Of a DNA stretch of 19,667 nt, positions 17,292 through 19,667 are shown one piece after another. The stretch lies in the NCBI GenBank assembly GCA_043732185.1, contig JAYTHY010000132.1, positions 1 to 19,667 on the forward strand, written 5' to 3'. The stretch's first letter is position 1; every line of letters begins with the position of its first letter. The notes under the pieces were generated by a model. That model did not search any database. It had not been told where the DNA came from and was given only the letters and a program-made list of their open reading frames with translations. The position numbers were made by a program, and so were the translations under genes. This stretch comes from Fibrobacteria bacterium (GTDB taxonomy: Bacteria > Fibrobacterota > Fibrobacteria > UBA11236).

Positions 17292-18143
17292 ATGACTGGA
17301 AACTCCATCCTGGTCGCCATGCTAGCCTTAGTGGGCTGGAATTATTGGCCCACCTTAAAGTGGATGGAGATGCGCTGGGACGAGCCGGAGTCCTATATGA
17401 CCCACGGCTGGCTCATTCCCTTTGTCACCGTATGGCTCCTATGGATGGAACGCGAGAGAATAAAAGCGGCCCCCGCTTCCCCTTCTCGCCTCGGTTTTTT
17501 TCTGATCGCCGGTGCCTTGCTTTTTCACATCGTGGCCGGACTTGCCGATGTGTCCTCGATTTCAGGACTGACGGTAATTCCCGTGCTACTCGGCATAGTC
17601 TTGCTGCGCTATGGCATGCCCACTTTTAAAATCGTGTGGTTCCCGATCTTTTTTCTCATCTTCATGGTGCCGCCGCCGGAGTTCATCATCAGCACCATGA
17701 ACTTTGCGCTAAAACTTAAAGCTGCAGACTTGGCCACCTTTCTGCTCGACGCCACCGGTCTACCGTCCATACGCCAAGGCTCCTTCATGATGTTCGGTGA
17801 AGAAAAGCTGGCCATCGGCGACGTATGCTCGGGACTGCGGAGCTTGTTGTCTTTACTCTCCTTGAGCGTGCTCTATGCGTACCTCATCCGTGATAAAGGC
17901 AAGGCCCATGTGATTGGCATTCTACTCACCGGCATTCCCGCCGCCATTATCGGAAATGGAATTCGCATTTTCATGGTCGCGTATCTGGTGACCTGGTTTG
18001 GTACAAAAACCGTTTTCAAACCCATCATCGGAACTTGGGATCTGCACCTGTTTACCGGAGCCATTATTTTTGTAGCTGCCTTCGGCTGTCTGTATCTGGT
18101 CAACTTTATCCTCGATCGCGTTTCGCAAAGTAAGGCATTATGA
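17292..18143 (+). CDS. xrt: Exosortase (EpsH family) membrane transpeptidase
   Basis: W...ESYMTHGWLIP, FPIFFLIFMVPPP, and catalytic Cys in DVCSGLRSL, Arg in GNGIRIF, His in DLHLFTG. About 8 TM segments. Confidence 0.96.
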   Translation: MTGNSILVAMLALVGWNYWPTLKWMEMRWDEPESYMTHGWLIPFVTVWLLWMERERIKAAPASPSRLGFFLIAGALLFHIVAGLADVSSISGLTVIPVLLGIVLLRYGMPTFKIVWFPIFFLIFMVPPPEFIISTMNFALKLKAADLATFLLDATGLPSIRQGSFMMFGEEKLAIGDVCSGLRSLLSLLSLSVLYAYLIRDKGKAHVIGILLTGIPAAIIGNGIRIFMVAYLVTWFGTKTVFKPIIGTWDLHLFTGAIIFVAAFGCLYLVNFILDRVSQSKAL

Positions 18144-18781
18144 AGCCGGGTCAGCTAAAAATATGGACCGGACTCACCCTCGCCCTCCTGGCCCTTTCGA
18201 CGTGGTTGTCCAATGGTGTGCTATTCAAGCAAGTGGTGCACACGGATTCCAACTTGGCCCAGCTTATTCCCTCCACTCTCGGTCCCTGGAAAGAAATCCA
18301 ATCCAGCCCAGCCACAGCTAGTGAAATTCGAGGTTTGGAAACCCGCGATATCATCAAACGCACCTATTCCAATGGTGCACAATATATCGAACTGGTTGTG
18401 GCCTATATCGCACAGAGCAATCGCAAATCCGCTCATGCCCAAGAGGCCTGCCTGCGTGGGTCCGGGGCGTTGGTTGGAAGCGTCAATCGCGTCCACTTGC
18501 ACAACCTGCCCATCGATGCCAAAGCCATTTCCATCGACAACGGAAGCAACCGCTCCTTTGTGTATTACTGGTATAAAATCGGAACGGTGTATACTGCCGA
18601 CTATCTCAAATCCAGCTTCCAAATGTTTTTTGGCGGGCTAGTAGGAAAGAAAACGCATGGCGCCTCTTTGATACGGCTTTTGACGCCTACCAACAAAAGC
18701 GAAACCGAAGCGACCATCCAAGAGCGCATCGAGGATTTCAGCCGCTTTTTGCTCCCGGAACTTGAAAAAAATCTGCCGTAG
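18140..18781 (+). CDS. epsI: EpsI-family exosortase-associated protein
   Basis: N-terminal TM, then IPSTLGPW, RTYSN, AHAQEACLRGSG (H..E.C..G.G), VYYWY and GASLIRL. ATGA overlap with the exosortase gene. Confidence 0.9.
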   Translation: MKPGQLKIWTGLTLALLALSTWLSNGVLFKQVVHTDSNLAQLIPSTLGPWKEIQSSPATASEIRGLETRDIIKRTYSNGAQYIELVVAYIAQSNRKSAHAQEACLRGSGALVGSVNRVHLHNLPIDAKAISIDNGSNRSFVYYWYKIGTVYTADYLKSSFQMFFGGLVGKKTHGASLIRLLTPTNKSETEATIQERIEDFSRFLLPELEKNLP

Positions 18782-18808
18782 AGGTGTTTGAGCTTTCCGT
18801 TTTTACCG

Positions 18809-18844
18809 TGTAAAGCCTTTCGTCTAATGTCGGATTCTTTTACA
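18809..18844. promoter_or_regulatory. Paired 17-bp enhancer boxes (candidate PrsR / PEP-CTERM boxes)
   Basis: TGTCGGATTCTTTTACA (18828-18844; TGT-N11-ACA) and an inverted degenerate partner TGTAAAGCCTTTCGTCT (18809-18825; 10/17 identical to the reverse complement of the first). They lie about 60 bp upstream of a sigma-54 site. Confidence 0.7.
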
Positions 18845-18902
18845 ACCCACCCAAAACCATCCTTCCTATACTTCATTTCCCAATTAAAAAGGCCCATATG
18901 GT

Positions 18903-18919
18903 CAGGCACGGTCTTCGCT
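18903..18919 (+). promoter_or_regulatory. Sigma-54 (-24/-12) promoter of the PEP-CTERM gene
   Basis: caGGCACGgtcttcGCt: GG at 18905-18906 and GC at 18917-18918, an exact GG-N10-GC spacing with the GGCACG core. Confidence 0.85.
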
Positions 18920-18956
18920 CTATGAATGATAGAGAAAAACCAGTTAAGGACATATT

Positions 18957-19505
18957 ATGAAGAAACTACTCCTCGCTCTACTGACCGCCGGCATCGCCAG
19001 CACGCAAGCCGCCGTTATCGAATGGACCACCAGCAATGACGTAGGATTCGGTGCCGATGCCCTGTTTCACGACGGCATCTATTCCGGCAAAATCAGCGAC
19101 GTAGCCTATGACGATGGCGGAATTTCCATCAGCGACTGGGTCGTGGGTAAATATGCCATTATCAATTTGAACACAAATATGTTCTTCCTGTCGACCACCA
19201 ACAATCCTGCCTCTACGGGCGCATTCCTCACCGCTTCGTTCGGATTTGACATCACCGCCGCCAATTTCGGAACGGCCACCGGTTACACTTTAACCGGCGT
19301 ATCCGTTGACGTCTCTTCCGGTTCGCAAGCCTTGACCGAATTCGCAGCAGCCATTGCAATTGCCCCGGCAGCAACCTACAAGTTCTCGTTCATCTCACCC
19401 CTTGGCAATGGTCAAGTCGCTTCCGTACCCGAGCCCACGACGATTGGTTTGATGGGCCTTGGAATTCTTGGCTTGGCTTTCGGCGTCCGTCGCCGCAAAG
19501 TCTAA
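18957..19505 (+). CDS. PEP-CTERM sorting-domain surface protein
   Basis: Signal peptide MKKLLLALLTAGIASTQA. Ala/Ser/Thr/Gly-rich mature part. C-terminal VPEPTT-IGLMGLGILGLAFGV-RRRKV (PEP motif, TM helix, basic cluster). SD AAGGA. Confidence 0.97.
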   Translation: MKKLLLALLTAGIASTQAAVIEWTTSNDVGFGADALFHDGIYSGKISDVAYDDGGISISDWVVGKYAIINLNTNMFFLSTTNNPASTGAFLTASFGFDITAANFGTATGYTLTGVSVDVSSGSQALTEFAAAIAIAPAATYKFSFISPLGNGQVASVPEPTTIGLMGLGILGLAFGVRRRKV

Positions 19506-19515
19506 GGAACCTGGA

Positions 19516-19561
19516 ACAGGGCTAACGCGTTAGCTCTGTGTAAATGGCCGAATACGCGGCC
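19516..19561 (+). repeat. Two hairpins in the 3' UTR of the PEP-CTERM gene
   Basis: ACAGGGCTAAC-gc-GTTAGCTCTGT (19516-19539, one G-U pair) and GGCCG-aatacg-CGGCC (19546-19561). Confidence 0.6.
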
Positions 19562-19592
19562 GTGCACGTGTTCAAACTGAAATTTTGACTGT

Positions 19593-19627
19593 AAGACTGG
19601 GCTGCTTGTTGGCCCAGTCTTTTTTTT
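19593..19627 (+). terminator. Rho-independent terminator
   Basis: AAGACTGGGC-(9 nt)-GCCCAGTCTT stem running into a T8 tract, about 90 nt after the PEP-CTERM stop. Confidence 0.9.
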
Positions 19628-19667
19628 AGGCCTTTGTCGCTCGCCAGGCGCGTCAGGGCTTGAGCCA

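Noticed and set aside
1952..18909. Numerous 60-240 aa antisense and alternate-frame ORFs in the track
   Set aside because: They overlap well-supported genes and have no motifs; they are shadow ORFs expected from codon bias.
19516..19539. GCTAAC...GTTAGC hairpin as attC
   Set aside because: The AAC and GTT boxes are only 2 nt apart; attC needs inner L boxes and is at least about 55 bp.
19640..19667. Possible 3' end of a convergent gene at the window edge
   Set aside because: Only a few codons before a minus-strand TGA are visible, which is not enough to call.
1..19667. CRISPR array, tRNA/rRNA genes, IS elements
   Set aside because: I saw no regularly spaced repeats, RNA-gene signatures, transposase or terminal inverted repeats.

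Overview
A bacterial chromosomal window with four blocks. (1) An unusually long integron integrase (IntI, about 477 aa) with an extra N-terminal SAM-like domain. No attC site or cassette is visible, so any attI/array would lie left of the window. (2) A convergent, minus-strand TetR-TolC-MFP-RND tripartite efflux operon with a candidate TetR operator. (3) A two-gene insert: a PIN/VapC-like nuclease with no visible antitoxin, plus a 68-aa membrane protein. (4) A compact PEP-CTERM/exosortase locus built as a divergon: wzc-prsK-prsR on the minus strand, and TPR(prsT-like)-exosortase-epsI plus one PEP-CTERM substrate on the plus strand. The substrate gene has its own sigma-54 promoter, paired 17-bp enhancer boxes and a terminator. 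Most families are known. The points most worth checking are the double-SAM IntI and its upstream region, the orphan and possibly leaderless PIN gene, the TetR with a repeat-encoded TPxK tail, and the non-canonical layout of the PEP-CTERM system. All calls come from reading motifs by eye; no database searches were run.
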